From contig JBODTK010000107.1 in assembly GCA_050613775.1 (NCBI GenBank), positions 310,001 to 374,000 on the forward strand: 64,000 bases of DNA. Reading direction: 5' to 3'. The notes below the pieces were generated by a model. The model was not told where the DNA came from, made no database searches, and saw only the letters and a program-made list of their open reading frames with translations. This DNA is from Neocallimastix sp. 'constans' (taxonomy: Eukaryota). This document shows positions 49,254 through 62,144 of the stretch, piece after piece (positions within the stretch are counted from its first letter, which is position 1; every line of letters starts with the position of its first letter). Position numbers and translations under genes: made by a program.

Positions 49254-49284
<31 letters not shown>

Positions 49285-51263
49285 TATATATATATAAGTA
49301 TATATGTTATCTAATACATAAATTTATGTTTAAAATAAATAAATAACTAGAGCCATATTATAAGTTCTATATTTCAGATCTATAAATAGCACTAAATATA
49401 CATATTAAATTTGATGATGATAATAACACATATTTTAATAGAGAATTTATATAATTAATCTATATGATATAATAAAAATTAAAACCAAATTTTTAAATTT
49501 TTAAAATGCTTTTTCTGAACAAAAAAAAAAAAAAATCTTAAGTATCAAACGATGATTTGATGAAATTTAATTTAACAAAAAAAAAAAAAGATTATTTTGG
49601 TTATCATCATATAATATTTTTTTTATAAAAAAAAAAAAAAGATTATTTTAAAATCAAATTAATTGGATGATATATAAAAATTTATATATTTGTAAAAAAT
49701 AATAATAATAATAATAAATAATTTATTTTTATCTAATACAAATGAATTTATACAATAATTAATTGTTCAATTGACTTAACCATTTACTCATTTTAACATA
49801 ATATATATATTTGTTTCAGAAATATATTATATTAATATATTTTTATATCTATTTTATATATATTTTATATATATTTTATATATATGTCTTTTTTATTTTG
49901 AATATATATATTCTCTAATTAATAATTGGTAAAATATAAAAAAAAAATTAATAAAAATATAGATAATCAACAATATTCCTATATATAATATATAATGATA
50001 ATAAATTCTATTATTCCATCTACTACTTAATATATAACCAATCATGAACTAATAAAATACATTCACTATAATAATTACAAAATTATAAGTTATTTATTCT
50101 ATTTTATTATTAAAATTAAGTGTTATTATTGCTATTAATATTTATTATTATTTATTATTTATTATTTATTATTTATTATTTATTATTTATTATTATTTAT
50201 TACTATTTATTATTTATTATTTATTATTTATTATTTATTATTTATTATTTATTATTTATTATTTATTATTTATTATTTATTATTTATTATTTATTATTTA
50301 TTATTTATTAATTATTATTTATTATTTATTATTTAATATTTATTATTTCATTATTTATTATTATTTATTATTTCATTATTTATTATTATTTATTATTTAT
50401 TATTTATTATTTATTATTTATTATTTATTATTTATTATTTATTATTTATTATTTAATATTTATTATTTCATTATTTATTATTATTTATTATTTCATTATT
50501 TATTATTTATTAATTATTATTTATTATTTATTATTTATTATTTATTATTATATTATTATATTATTATATTATATCATTATTAAACTATTATATTATTATA
50601 TTATTATATTATATTATTATTTATTATTCAAATTATATATTATTATTTAATATTTAATATTTAATATTTATTATTAATAAATACAATTAAATTTAAAACT
50701 ATCATCAAGTATTTTATAATAATTATATATATATTATATTTTATATCTATTTATATTATTTTTTAGCCTTTTTTTACTACCTTATTTTCAATAGTCAGTA
50801 AAAATAATTAAACTGTATTTGTAATATTATTTATCTTTCAATTTAATTGTATATAATAATATTTTTTATTAATTATAAATTTATTTTTGAACATTCATAT
50901 AAATTATTAAAATTTAAATAAAAAAAAAATTTCCATTCATGGTTTATTAAGGTATAAATTAATTTTTTTATTATTTTTTAATTTTTTTATAAAATCTTTT
51001 TTTTTATTTTTATTTTTATTTTTTTATCTTTCTTTTCTCTCAACTTTTTTTTTTTTTTTTTAGCTTTGTTTTGGTTATGTTATGTTAAATAATCTAATAA
51101 AAGAGTTTCCAATAGTCATCAAGAGTCATTGTTATTCAATTTTAAATTTAACATTTTTTTCCTTTTTATAATAAAAATGATAATAATAAAAATAAATAAA
51201 AATAATAATAATAAAAATAATAAATAATAAAAATAATAATAAAAATAATAATAATAAAAATAA

Positions 51264-51310
<47 letters not shown>

Positions 51311-51476
51311 TAGAATAAAGTAAAATAAAATATGAAAATAGCCTAAAATAATTATAAACCTCTAAATCTTTATTGTATAAAATTAAATAACTATCTTAAT
51401 AATTAAAAGAGAGAAAAAAAATAAAAAGGTTTAAATATTATTTTAAAATTTTTTTAAGACATTGCTATTAAAATAT

Positions 51477-51511
<35 letters not shown>

Positions 51512-52874
51512 TTAAATAAATTTATTCAATATTTATGAAAATGAGAGGTTATATTAATAATAATATTTATATTACTTTAAAGTAGATTAATTGATATGTA
51601 TATGTATTAATATTGATTATTATTTAATTACTTTGGAAAAAAGAATGTAATAAATTTAGAGAATGCCTAATAAATAATAAATACTAAATAATAATTAATA
51701 ATTAATGAATAATAAATAATAAATAATAAATAATAAATAATAAATAATAAATAAATAATATATAATAAATAATATATAATAAATAATAAATAATAAATAA
51801 TAAATAATAAATAATAAATAATAAATAATAAATAATAAATAATAAATAATAAGTAATAAATAATAAATAAATAATATATAATAAAATATAAATAGTAAAT
51901 AATAAGCAATTAATAATAAATAAATAATTCATGGTAAATAATAAATAATAAATAATAGACATTAAATATATTATATATTATATTACTATTTTTGTTTCCA
52001 ATATGTCCTTATAAAATAATGAAAGAAAAAAAAGAGTCTTTGGTATTACTGAGATATTTAATATAACCAATCTTTTGGTTATTTAAAATAAATATTTCTG
52101 TAGAAGATAATATATTATTCTTATATTGAGTAATATATAAATTTAATCTATTGGGGATAAAATTAGAAATTATTACATATTAATAGACATATAATACTTT
52201 ATATTATAATATATATTGATTTTTTAAAAGCAATTGAAATCTGTATATTATTAATACTAAATGAATAATATAATAAAAATACATAATATATCATAAAATT
52301 TTCTTTTTCGTTCTTTTTTTATCTTAAAAATAATTAAAAAAAAAAAACATTAATTTCATCAAAATTTTCAATTTATTCAATATATTAATGATTTAATATT
52401 ATTGAATATATTAATAAATTAAGTTTTGGTATCACCTATTATTTTTAGTTTATTATTAAACTATTTATTATTACTAGATTATTTATAATTATTAAATTAT
52501 TTATAATTATTAAACTATTATTATTATTAAATTATTTTTTTTAAAAAAAAAAAAATATATTATTTAAAATTAAATCATTATTATTATTATTATTTAAAAT
52601 TTATTAATATAAATTTTTATTATTTTTAAAAACTTTTTTTTTTTTTTTTTGTATTATAATTTTAATTAAAAAAAAAAAAAGATAAATTATAAAAATTTAA
52701 TTTTTTATTTTATATCATTTTTTTAAAGGTGAATGTATATCTATATATATATAGCATAGAATTTTTTATTTTAATTATTAAAAAATCTTTAAAGAAACTT
52801 TAATTAAATAATTTTCAAAATGAACTTTTTAAAGTTTAAAACTATGATAAATTGATTAACATATTTTTCAAAAT

Positions 52875-52912
<38 letters not shown>

Positions 52913-53543
52913 GTTTAAAACTATGATAATGATAAGTCGGCTTAAGATTTATTATAAAAGAGGTTTTATGAAGAAAAAAAAATTTTTTTTTTTTATTTTT
53001 AAAAGAAATTAAATTTATGATTTTTAAACTTTAAAGTATCAATTATTATTTCCGACATTTAAAATACATATAATGTTTGAGTATGATAATTCATATTCTC
53101 ATAAAAAAAAAAAAAAAAAGTATGCAGATTAATTCAAATTTATAATAGAATGATTCTAATGCATCACTTTGTTAAGTAGCTTTTTTCTTTTTTTTTTTTT
53201 TTTATTTTATAAATAAATCAATATATATTTTTTATTTTTAAATAATAATTCTAAAAATAAAATTCATTTTAAACTATAAATATAAATTTATGTAAATATT
53301 AAAAAAATATTATAACTGTATGATGATATTTATTTGATTTATTTGATAAATAAATATTTACAATTGTGTTTAATTTTTTTTTATTATTAATATATAGAGA
53401 ATTCAAATTAAAGATAATAAATTTTTAGTCAATTTATTTAACATTTTATTATACAAGAATATATTATATATAATGAAGTTATATTCTCAAATTGTAATAT
53501 ATTATGTAGGATGAAGTTATAAACATTGTTATTATTTATTATA

Positions 53544-53579
<36 letters not shown>

Positions 53580-53770
53580 CTGTATTCTAATTTATTTATT
53601 GATTTTTTTTTTTATAAACTAAATTTATTTTATATTAATAATTTAAATATATAAATAATAAAATTATCATTAAATATATCTTAAAAAATTTTATTTTCTT
53701 TAATTCAAATCATAAAAAGTCAAAAAAGAAAAAAAAAATTTTTATTATAATAAAATTTCTTGGTTTAATG

Positions 53771-53950
53771 AATTGTCTCCCCTAATATCCATTAAAATAA
53801 AATGCTTTACCCTTTTTTGATATGAGTTACTCATCGAATGTGAAGTTTCTGGGATAACTCTACCAATTTAATATCATGAACAAAGAGTAAAATTATGTAA
53901 TGAAAGGGGAAATCAAATCAACTCTGTGAATATAATTTTGAAGAGTTAAT
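53771..53950 (-). ncRNA. Candidate structured RNA (short hairpin plus ~135-nt hairpin followed by ACA)
   Basis: Minus-strand nested stems TTCCCCT/AGGGGAG, TTCATTA/TAATGGA, TTTTACTCTTT/AAAGGGTAAAG, TGATAT/ATATCA and GAGTTAT/GTAACTC; non-Watson-Crick pairs are mostly G-U on this strand. No ORF seen on this strand. Confidence 0.3.
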
Positions 53951-54098
53951 ATTTGAATTATTAAAAATTATTTAATGATAAAATAAAATAAAGGTCTTGA
54001 AAAAAAAAAAAAATAAATAAAATAAAATAAGATGAGGTTTCTATTATGTGAAATTTATATATATATATAATATACTCTTGAAATAAAAAAAATTTTTA

Positions 54099-54141
<43 letters not shown>

Positions 54142-54646
54142 AAAAATATAAATAAATAAAATTTCTAAAGTTTTAATTATACTTATAATTTTATTTTATT
54201 TTATTTATTTTATTTTTTTTTAAAAAAAAATAAAATAAAAAAATAAAAAAAAAAAAAAAAATAATTAGGTATTATAATATTTTATTGTTTGTATAAGAGA
54301 TTTTTGAATTTTAACGGGTAAAAATTATTAAATTTTATAAAAAGAAATTTTAAGATAATTAACAAAAGTACTATTTTAAAAAAAAAAAAAAAATAATTGT
54401 AAAAAAAAAAAAAAAAAAAAAAAAAGGATTATATATATATATATATAAAAATAATAAAGAAAAAGTGAATGATATAATATTTTAATACTAACATATACCA
54501 TAAAAAAAAAAAAAATTTTTTTTTTATTTCATCCAATACCAAAATTATCCTTTGTAGCTTATATTACATTGTAAAATTATTAAACATCTAAGGTATTTAA
54601 TCTATTTTTTAATATTGAAAATATTTGGTAAAAGTTATTATATTAA

Positions 54647-54693
<47 letters not shown>

Positions 54694-55075
54694 ATGTCAA
54701 TTTTTATATTTTATTACCTTATAAGGAAAATATGATAATAAAAATAAATTAATATAAATTTTAATGAATTAATGAATTAATAAATACATAAATAAACAAT
54801 TAATAATTAATAAATAAATAAATAAATAATAAATAAATAAATAAATATTAAAATATATGAAATATTTGAAAAAAAAAAGGTTTAAATGTATTGATGGTAA
54901 TATAATTAAAGTATAAGAAGCAATGTAATACTATAAAAGTATTTTAACTTTGTATAAATAAATTAAAAAAAAAAAAAAAGTAGTGATTCTTTATCATAAT
55001 ATATATTAATAAAATTGATATAATGATAAACCCATAAATTCTTGACTTTTAACCAGAAAAAGAGTTTCATTTAAT

Positions 55076-55121
<46 letters not shown>

Positions 55122-55833
55122 CTCTTTAGCAAAAGAATTATTTACCTGGGGGATACCATAGTATGTCAAAAAAAAAAAAATAAAAAAAAAAAAAAATTGG
55201 AATTTTAAATTAGGTTTAAAAAAGTTGCTCATTAGGTCAATTTAAGGAAGGGGTTAATAAGAAAAAGAGTAGTAAGAAGGAATCGAACATTATTTTGAAA
55301 TGATCAAAATTACAAAATAGAAAAAAAAAATTTTTGTAAAAGTGTTAAACTCCTTGAGAGAATAGAATTATCTCAAAGTGAAAGTAAAACTTTAAAAAAT
55401 ATAGATATATTAATTTAATAAATAAATAAATATATAAATAAATAAATAAAAAAAAAAAAAAAAAAAAAAGGACCCTTAAAACATTATATAAGAATAAATT
55501 ATATATCTTTCTACTCCTATTAGAAATTCTTAATGGATATTATCATTTGATATTATATTTTAATAAATAAAAACTCTAGGCTGTTAATCAATGTACTCTA
55601 TTTTATACATGAAGGAATCTACCTCTCCGATCGACTATTTCTTTCTACCCCATGAATATATACAAAAACAAAATTTAATTAATATATATACTTTACTTAC
55701 TTTCCAAAAGATTAAAGTTAATCATATATTAAGCAAATAGGGCTTTTTTTTTTTTTTTGTTCAATCACAAAGCATAGGATTTAAAATGTAGCTATTTTAA
55801 TGCCTATTTATATATATATAAATATATATGTAT

Positions 55834-55870
<37 letters not shown>

Positions 55871-56089
55871 ACTTATGTATATATATCAAGTGCTTATGTA
55901 TATATATATCAAACCCTTATGTCCATATTAACAATCACACACCATGGAGGAGGATACTCCTTTAACGATCCCTCCTACTTTAAATAATAATATCTAAAAA
56001 AAAAAATTTTTATGAATAATAAAATTCCCAAAATCTTCAAGGAAAAATATATATATATATATATATATATCATGAAATGATAATTCCCA

Positions 56090-56360
56090 GTATGAAATGG
56101 GGGGTGAGAACATGCTAACCATAATACTAATGATTTAAAACCTAGGGTGAAATGAGGGCATTCTCACCATAAGTACTACTATTAAAACTATGCCGTGAAA
56201 TGGGGGAGGGCATTCTCATAATACTACTTAATACTACTATTTGAACCTTGGGTAAAATGGAGGGGAGGGAGCATTCACATAATACTACTACGATTTAAAC
56301 CTAGGGTAAAATGGAGGGGGGGCATGCTCTCATTATTAAACCTAAGGGTGAAATGAATTA
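56090..56360. repeat. Degenerate G-rich tandem repeat, ~5 units of ~42-58 bp (GTRAAATGG..GGG..CATTCTC..ATAATACTACT..AAACCTAGG)
   Basis: Direct alignment of units. Confidence 0.8.
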
Positions 56361-56433
56361 ATTTAACGACTTTTTTTTTTTTTTTTTTTTCATTTTTGGT
56401 CCATTTTTTTACACCTTCAATTGATGGCAAAAA

Positions 56434-56478
<45 letters not shown>

Positions 56479-56490
56479 AATTGATCTTCA

Positions 56491-56781
56491 ATTATCATCC
56501 TCATCGTCCTTGATATTAATATTAATATTTGAATGATCATCATCGTCCTTGATATTAATATTAATATTTGAATGATCATCATCGTCCTTGATATTAATAT
56601 TAATATTTGAATGATCATCATCGTCCTTGATATTAATATTAATATTTGAATGATCATCATCGTCCTTGATATTAATATTAATATTTGAATGATCATCATC
56701 GTCCTTGATATTAATATTAATATTTGAATGATCATCATCGTCCTTGATATTAATATTAATATTTGAATTATCATCATCGTC
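56491..56781. repeat. 39-bp minisatellite, ~7 near-identical copies (CATCATCGTCCTTGATATTAATATTAATATTTGAATGAT)
   Basis: Direct reading; reads DDDDHSNININIK on the minus strand. Confidence 0.95.
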
Positions 56782-56843
56782 ATTGTCATCGTCATTGATA
56801 TTGATTTCTCTCTCTACTTCTTTTAGGAACAATGGTTTGATAA

Positions 56844-56886
<43 letters not shown>

Positions 56887-57107
56887 TTTAAACTTTATAG
56901 GTTAAAGAAGGAATCAAATCGATTATTCCTTTTTTTTTCTTCACCATCTTTTTTTTTTTTTTTTAAACTCTAGAGGTTAAAGAGGGAATCAAATCGATTA
57001 TTCCCTTTTTTTTTTTTTTTTTTCACCATCGTTTTTTCCCTTCCCCCTTTAGATGATCATAAATCTAATTTTTTATCAAAAAAAAAAAAAAAAAAAAAAA
57101 AAAAAGA

Positions 57108-57350
57108 ATAGAAATCCCCTTCCTAAAAAAAAAAAAAAAAGAAACCTCCTTCTCCTAAAAAGAAAAGAAATCCCCTTCCTATAAAAAAAAAAAGAAAAGA
57201 AATCCCCTTCCTAAAAAAAAAAAAGAAAAGAAACCTCCTTCTCCTAAAAAGAAAAGAATAGAAATCCCCTTCCTATAAAAAAAAAGAAAAGAAAATAAAT
57301 CCCCTTCCTATAAAAAAAAAAGAAAAGAAAAGAAATCCTCTTCCTAAAAA
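57108..57350. repeat. ~8 copies of AGAAATCCCCTTCCTA separated by poly(A)/GAAAA linkers
   Basis: Direct reading. Confidence 0.85.
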
Positions 57351-57562
57351 AAAAAAAGGATTTCAAAAGATTTGTTCTGTTCTATTTCTGTTTCAGTGAT
57401 CATATACACACACACTCTCACACTTTTTTTTTTTTTTTTCTCCATTCTACCATTCCACCATCCAAACTAAAAAAGGGATAGTTTGATGGAGGGAAGAGAG
57501 AGAGAGAGACAGAGAGAGAAAGAGAGGCAGAGGGTGAACTCCGTTATTGAGTAATATCTTCA

Positions 57563-57646
57563 GATTTTTTTTTCTCCACTTCTCTACTTAATAGTAGAAA
57601 AATAGTTACAATAACACAATACAAGAATTCAACATAAATCTCAAAA

Positions 57647-57677
<31 letters not shown>

Positions 57678-57766
57678 AGAATGATTTTTTTTTCTCCACT
57701 TCTCTATGTAATAGTAGAAAAATGGTTACAATAACACAATACAAGAATTCAACATAAATCTCAAAA

Positions 57767-57797
<31 letters not shown>

Positions 57798-57970
57798 AGA
57801 ATGATTTTTTTTTCTCCACTTCTCTACGTAATAGTAGAAAAATGGTTACAATAACACAATACAAGAATTCAACATAAATCTCAAAGGTTAAAAAAAAAAA
57901 AAATGGAATGATTTTTTTTTTCTCCACTTCTCTACGTAATAGTAGAAAAATAGTTACAATAACACAATAT
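57563..57970. repeat. ~120-bp tandem repeat, ~3.5 copies
   Basis: Units start at about 57563, 57683, 57803 and 57910 (GATTTTTTTTTCTCCACTTCTCTA...ACAAGAATTCAACATAAATCTCAAAAG). Confidence 0.92.
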
Positions 57971-58401
57971 ATAGAATCTAATCTAATCTACCAACGATTC
58001 TCCTTTTTTTTTTTTTTTTCTTCAAATTATGGTTTCAATCCTAAACACTCTCTCCTGAAATTTTTACTAGAATCGATGTCTCAGGAGCTGAAGAACTTCT
58101 TAACAACTTAAGTTGAACTTTTAAAGGATTTAAAATAAAAGAAAAAAAAAATATTATTAAATTGGCAATTTAAGAAAATATGAAATTACAAAGTGTTTTT
58201 TATCGATCAAATATTTAAATCGATAAAAACTTAGAAAATATATATTTTATTAATAATATTTATCTATTTTTTTATCTATTTTTTTATTTTTTTTTTTATT
58301 TTTTTTTTTTTATCTAAGATTCATTTTCTAGAAAGAAAATTTTTTTATTTTAATTACTAATAATTACTATTAATTATTGATAACTTAAAATAATAATAAC
58401 A

Positions 58402-58461
<60 letters not shown>

Positions 58462-58854
58462 GCTATTATTATTTTTATTTTTTTTTTCATAAAAACTATT
58501 AATTGATGTAAAATTTCATAATAAAATATATATATATATATTTTTTAAATTGGCACAATTATTAATTTTTTTTTTTTTTATTAAAATAATTTAAAAATAT
58601 TACATTAACGGATTAATAAATAAATTAAATAATAATTAAAAAAAAAATTTTTTTTTTTTATATATTTTTATTTTTTAATAAAACTTTGTTTTAATAAAAT
58701 AAATTTTGAACCACTTAGACCGGTTGTTCACCGACCTTGTTGTGTGTGTCAAAATAATAAAGAAAAAAACAATTTGATCCAATTCAAATTTGTTAACCAA
58801 ATACCAATAAAATTAAACATTGAAGAGTTTTTTTTCTTTTTTTTTTTTATTTTA

Positions 58855-58886
<32 letters not shown>

Positions 58887-59226
58887 TTTTTAATATAAAA
58901 TATAATAGAAATAAAAAAAAATTCTCTTTTTAACACTAATTTGACATTATTTTTTATTAAAAATATTTTTTATTTATTAATTTATTTATTATAATTTTGA
59001 AACGCCACATTTTCCGAAATGTTAAACTTCTATTTTTTTTTTTTTTTTTTTTTTATAGACAGGGTAGAGAATACACTTCCAAAACTTTATTAATTTTATT
59101 TTAAATGTTAAACTTCTATAAATACCTATAGACTAAAATATTTAATAAATATTTAATAATATATAATCAATGATATCAATGAAATCATTCTGTAGTATTA
59201 ATATAATATTATAAAACAATTTAAAA

Positions 59227-59276
<50 letters not shown>

Positions 59277-59455
59277 TTAAAAGATAGACTGATTTAATAA
59301 ATAATTATAAAAAGACCATATTAATAATAATATTATTAAAAATGATAATAAAAAAAAAAAAAAAAAAATTGTTTTAATAATAATAATTAAATAATACAAA
59401 GTAAATAGTAAATAATGAATTATAAATCATAAACACATACTATCACTATTACTAT

Positions 59456-59490
<35 letters not shown>

Positions 59491-59713
59491 GATAAATAAT
59501 AATAATAATAATAAATTAAACATTTTTAAATAGTTTTTTTTTTTTTTTTTTTTTTTTTTATTTTATTTTATTTTATTTATTTATTTATTTTTATTATTAT
59601 TATTATAAATAAAAAAAAAATTAGTAAACAATAGATTAATATATATAAATAAATAATTAAATTTGAAATTTGATAAAATTTTGATACTTTATTTATTATA
59701 TGTTGGTATATTT

Positions 59714-59750
<37 letters not shown>

Positions 59751-60035
59751 ATAATATATGAATTATAAATAGAAAAATATATTTCTGTGGAAAATTTATT
59801 TTTACTTTTTTTTTGTTTTAATAAATTTTTGTTTTGTGGTATAATTTTATATTTAGTATCCTTTTTTTTTTTTTTTTTTTTTTTTTTGTATTATTATTGA
59901 TGGTTTTGCTTTTTCATTATATATGCGATATATACATTCTAATAAAATAATACTTTTTTTTTTTTATATATGATGTACTTTGCATATTATTATTTTTTTT
60001 TTTATCAATTAATGTAATGATAAATTTTTATATGA

Positions 60036-61262
60036 TTATGTTATCTTTTTTTGTTTGTTCATTTTTTGTATTTTTTCTTCTTCAATCTGTTTTTATTTTT
60101 TATTTTTTATTTTTTTCATTTAATATATATATATAAATTAATTATGTAAAAATAATTATTAATTAAATGAATTAATATATAGGAAATTATAAAATATTTA
60201 TAATATTTATTATTTTTTATATTTATTTTTAATTATAATATACCATCATTTTTTGTTGATCCGTAAACCATGAAGGAACATTTTTTGGAAGTGAAATTAA
60301 ATCAGTATCAAATAATTCAATAAATTGTTTATTTACATTTCGACTTTTACTACCTCCAAAACTTCGATACTAATAATGACATATTATATATATATAGATA
60401 TATTAATGAATTAATGAATTTATAGATGTTTATATAAAAAAATATTTAAACCTTTACAATATTTTATTATTATTATTATTATTTTTTTTTTTTTTATTTT
60501 TTATTTTTTTTTTTTTTTTGTTTTGTTTTTTAAATACCTCGAATAATATTGAATTGAGATTCCATTTTTGTAATTTTCTAAAACAACCAATTAAAGTACC
60601 AGTTTCATGGATACCTGAACTTTAAAATTAAATTATTAATATATTCATGTTTATATTGATTAATACAATTATATTAAAAGTTTATATTGTCATCATAATA
60701 GATTAAATAATTTCTTTTATATATATATTTGGAATTGTGATATTTTACGTGCAAATTACTATAGTTGGATGGTTTTGAACATTTAATATAAATTCAATTC
60801 CTTCTTTTATTAATTCATCACTTACAGGTCTCCATTCAATATCTGGTTTCCAAGTTTTAATACCAAGATGAACCTGTTTTTTAATGTATTTTATTTTTTA
60901 TTTATTATAAATTTTTTTTTTTTTTTTTTTTTTTTAATTTTATTAATAATTTATATATATATATATATAACAAAATAGAAATATAATTAAATATCATTTG
61001 ACTTGTATTATATATATATATATTTTTTAATATTTATTTATTATAATTAATAAAAAAAATATTTTAATCTTTTTTTAATTACAAGTTTTATTCCAGATTC
61101 TTCAAAGAAAAAAGAAACAATTCTTGTTGGAATTTCAGGTGAGAGAAGAAGAGCTGTTCTTAGATTTAATGTTTTAATAAAAGGAAAATTCTCAGGTTTT
61201 AAAGTATTTGAACGATAAATATCCTTTTCAACTAAACCAAATAGCTCCGGTGGAATTAACAT
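60036..61262 (-). CDS. Siw14/OCA-family atypical dual-specificity phosphatase, OCA4-like, probably inactive (5 exons, 187 aa)
   Basis: Exons 61262-61083, 60873-60749, 60619-60538, 60369-60244, 60086-60036 (564 nt, in frame). MLIPPELFGLVEKDIYRS, HPTIVICTSGIHETGTLIGCFRKLQKWN, EYRSFGG, QFIELFDTDL. Confidence 0.88.
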
Positions 61263-61481
61263 ATTTATAAATACTAATTATTATTATTATTATTATATTA
61301 TTTTTTTTAACTTTAAAATGTTAAAGTTTTTTAATGAATATGTCAATTTTTTATTTACTACTTAAATAAAAAATTTTATTTTATTATTATAATTTTATTA
61401 TTTAAAAAAATTTCAAAAAATAAATATTAAATATTATAAAAAAAAAATAAAAAAAAAAAATTAAAAAAATTAATTTATAAT

Positions 61482-61513
<32 letters not shown>

Positions 61514-61573
61514 ATTACCAGTAATAATTTAAATGATTTATATTAATAATTTTTAAAAATTAGAGAAAAAATA

Positions 61574-61605
<32 letters not shown>

Positions 61606-61607
61606 TT

Positions 61608-61651
<44 letters not shown>

Positions 61652-61770
61652 AATAGATATGATATGTTCATTACAAAATATATTAGTATAAATATTTTTT
61701 TTATCTATATAATAAAAAAATTTTGTATATATATATATATTTTTATATCTATAATAAAAATTTTGTTTTA

Positions 61771-61819
<49 letters not shown>

Positions 61820-61937
61820 GTATAAATAATTAAATAAAATACAACATATATATTGTTTATTCAAAATTATTTAATACTTTATGAAAAAAAAAAAAAATTA
61901 AAATATATTTATTTCTTTTATGAAGAAATATATTTAT

Positions 61938-61993
<56 letters not shown>

Positions 61994-62144
61994 ATAATTA
62001 TAATAATAATATTTTTATATCTATATAAATTATTAAATTTTAATGATTTATATATATATATATAAAATATAGCTATAATATTATTATTATAAGTGTATAA
62101 TAAACTACAGTTTTTTTATTTTTTATTTTTTTACTTTTCTAAAA

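Noticed and set aside
55138..55167. TTTACCTGGGGGATACCAT resembles the 5' end of U1 snRNA
   Set aside because: No GAUCAC loop, downstream stem-loops or Sm site; runs directly into poly(A).
56130..56350. CCTAGGG/TAAGGG motifs as telomeric repeats
   Set aside because: Single motifs within larger units; no tandem TTAGGG array.
58196..58235. 11-bp hairpin followed by CTTAG as a Helitron 3' end
   Set aside because: The hairpin is AT-rich, the terminus is not a properly spaced CTRR, and no matching 5' end was found.
58700..59030. Small GC islands (CGGTTGTTCACCG hairpin; ACGCCACATTTTCCG resembling the MULE subterminal motif)
   Set aside because: Too short, with no partner terminus or TSD.
59857..59866. 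GTATCCTTTT, a U12 donor-like sequence
   Set aside because: Lies outside any plus-strand gene model and grades into a poly(T) tract.
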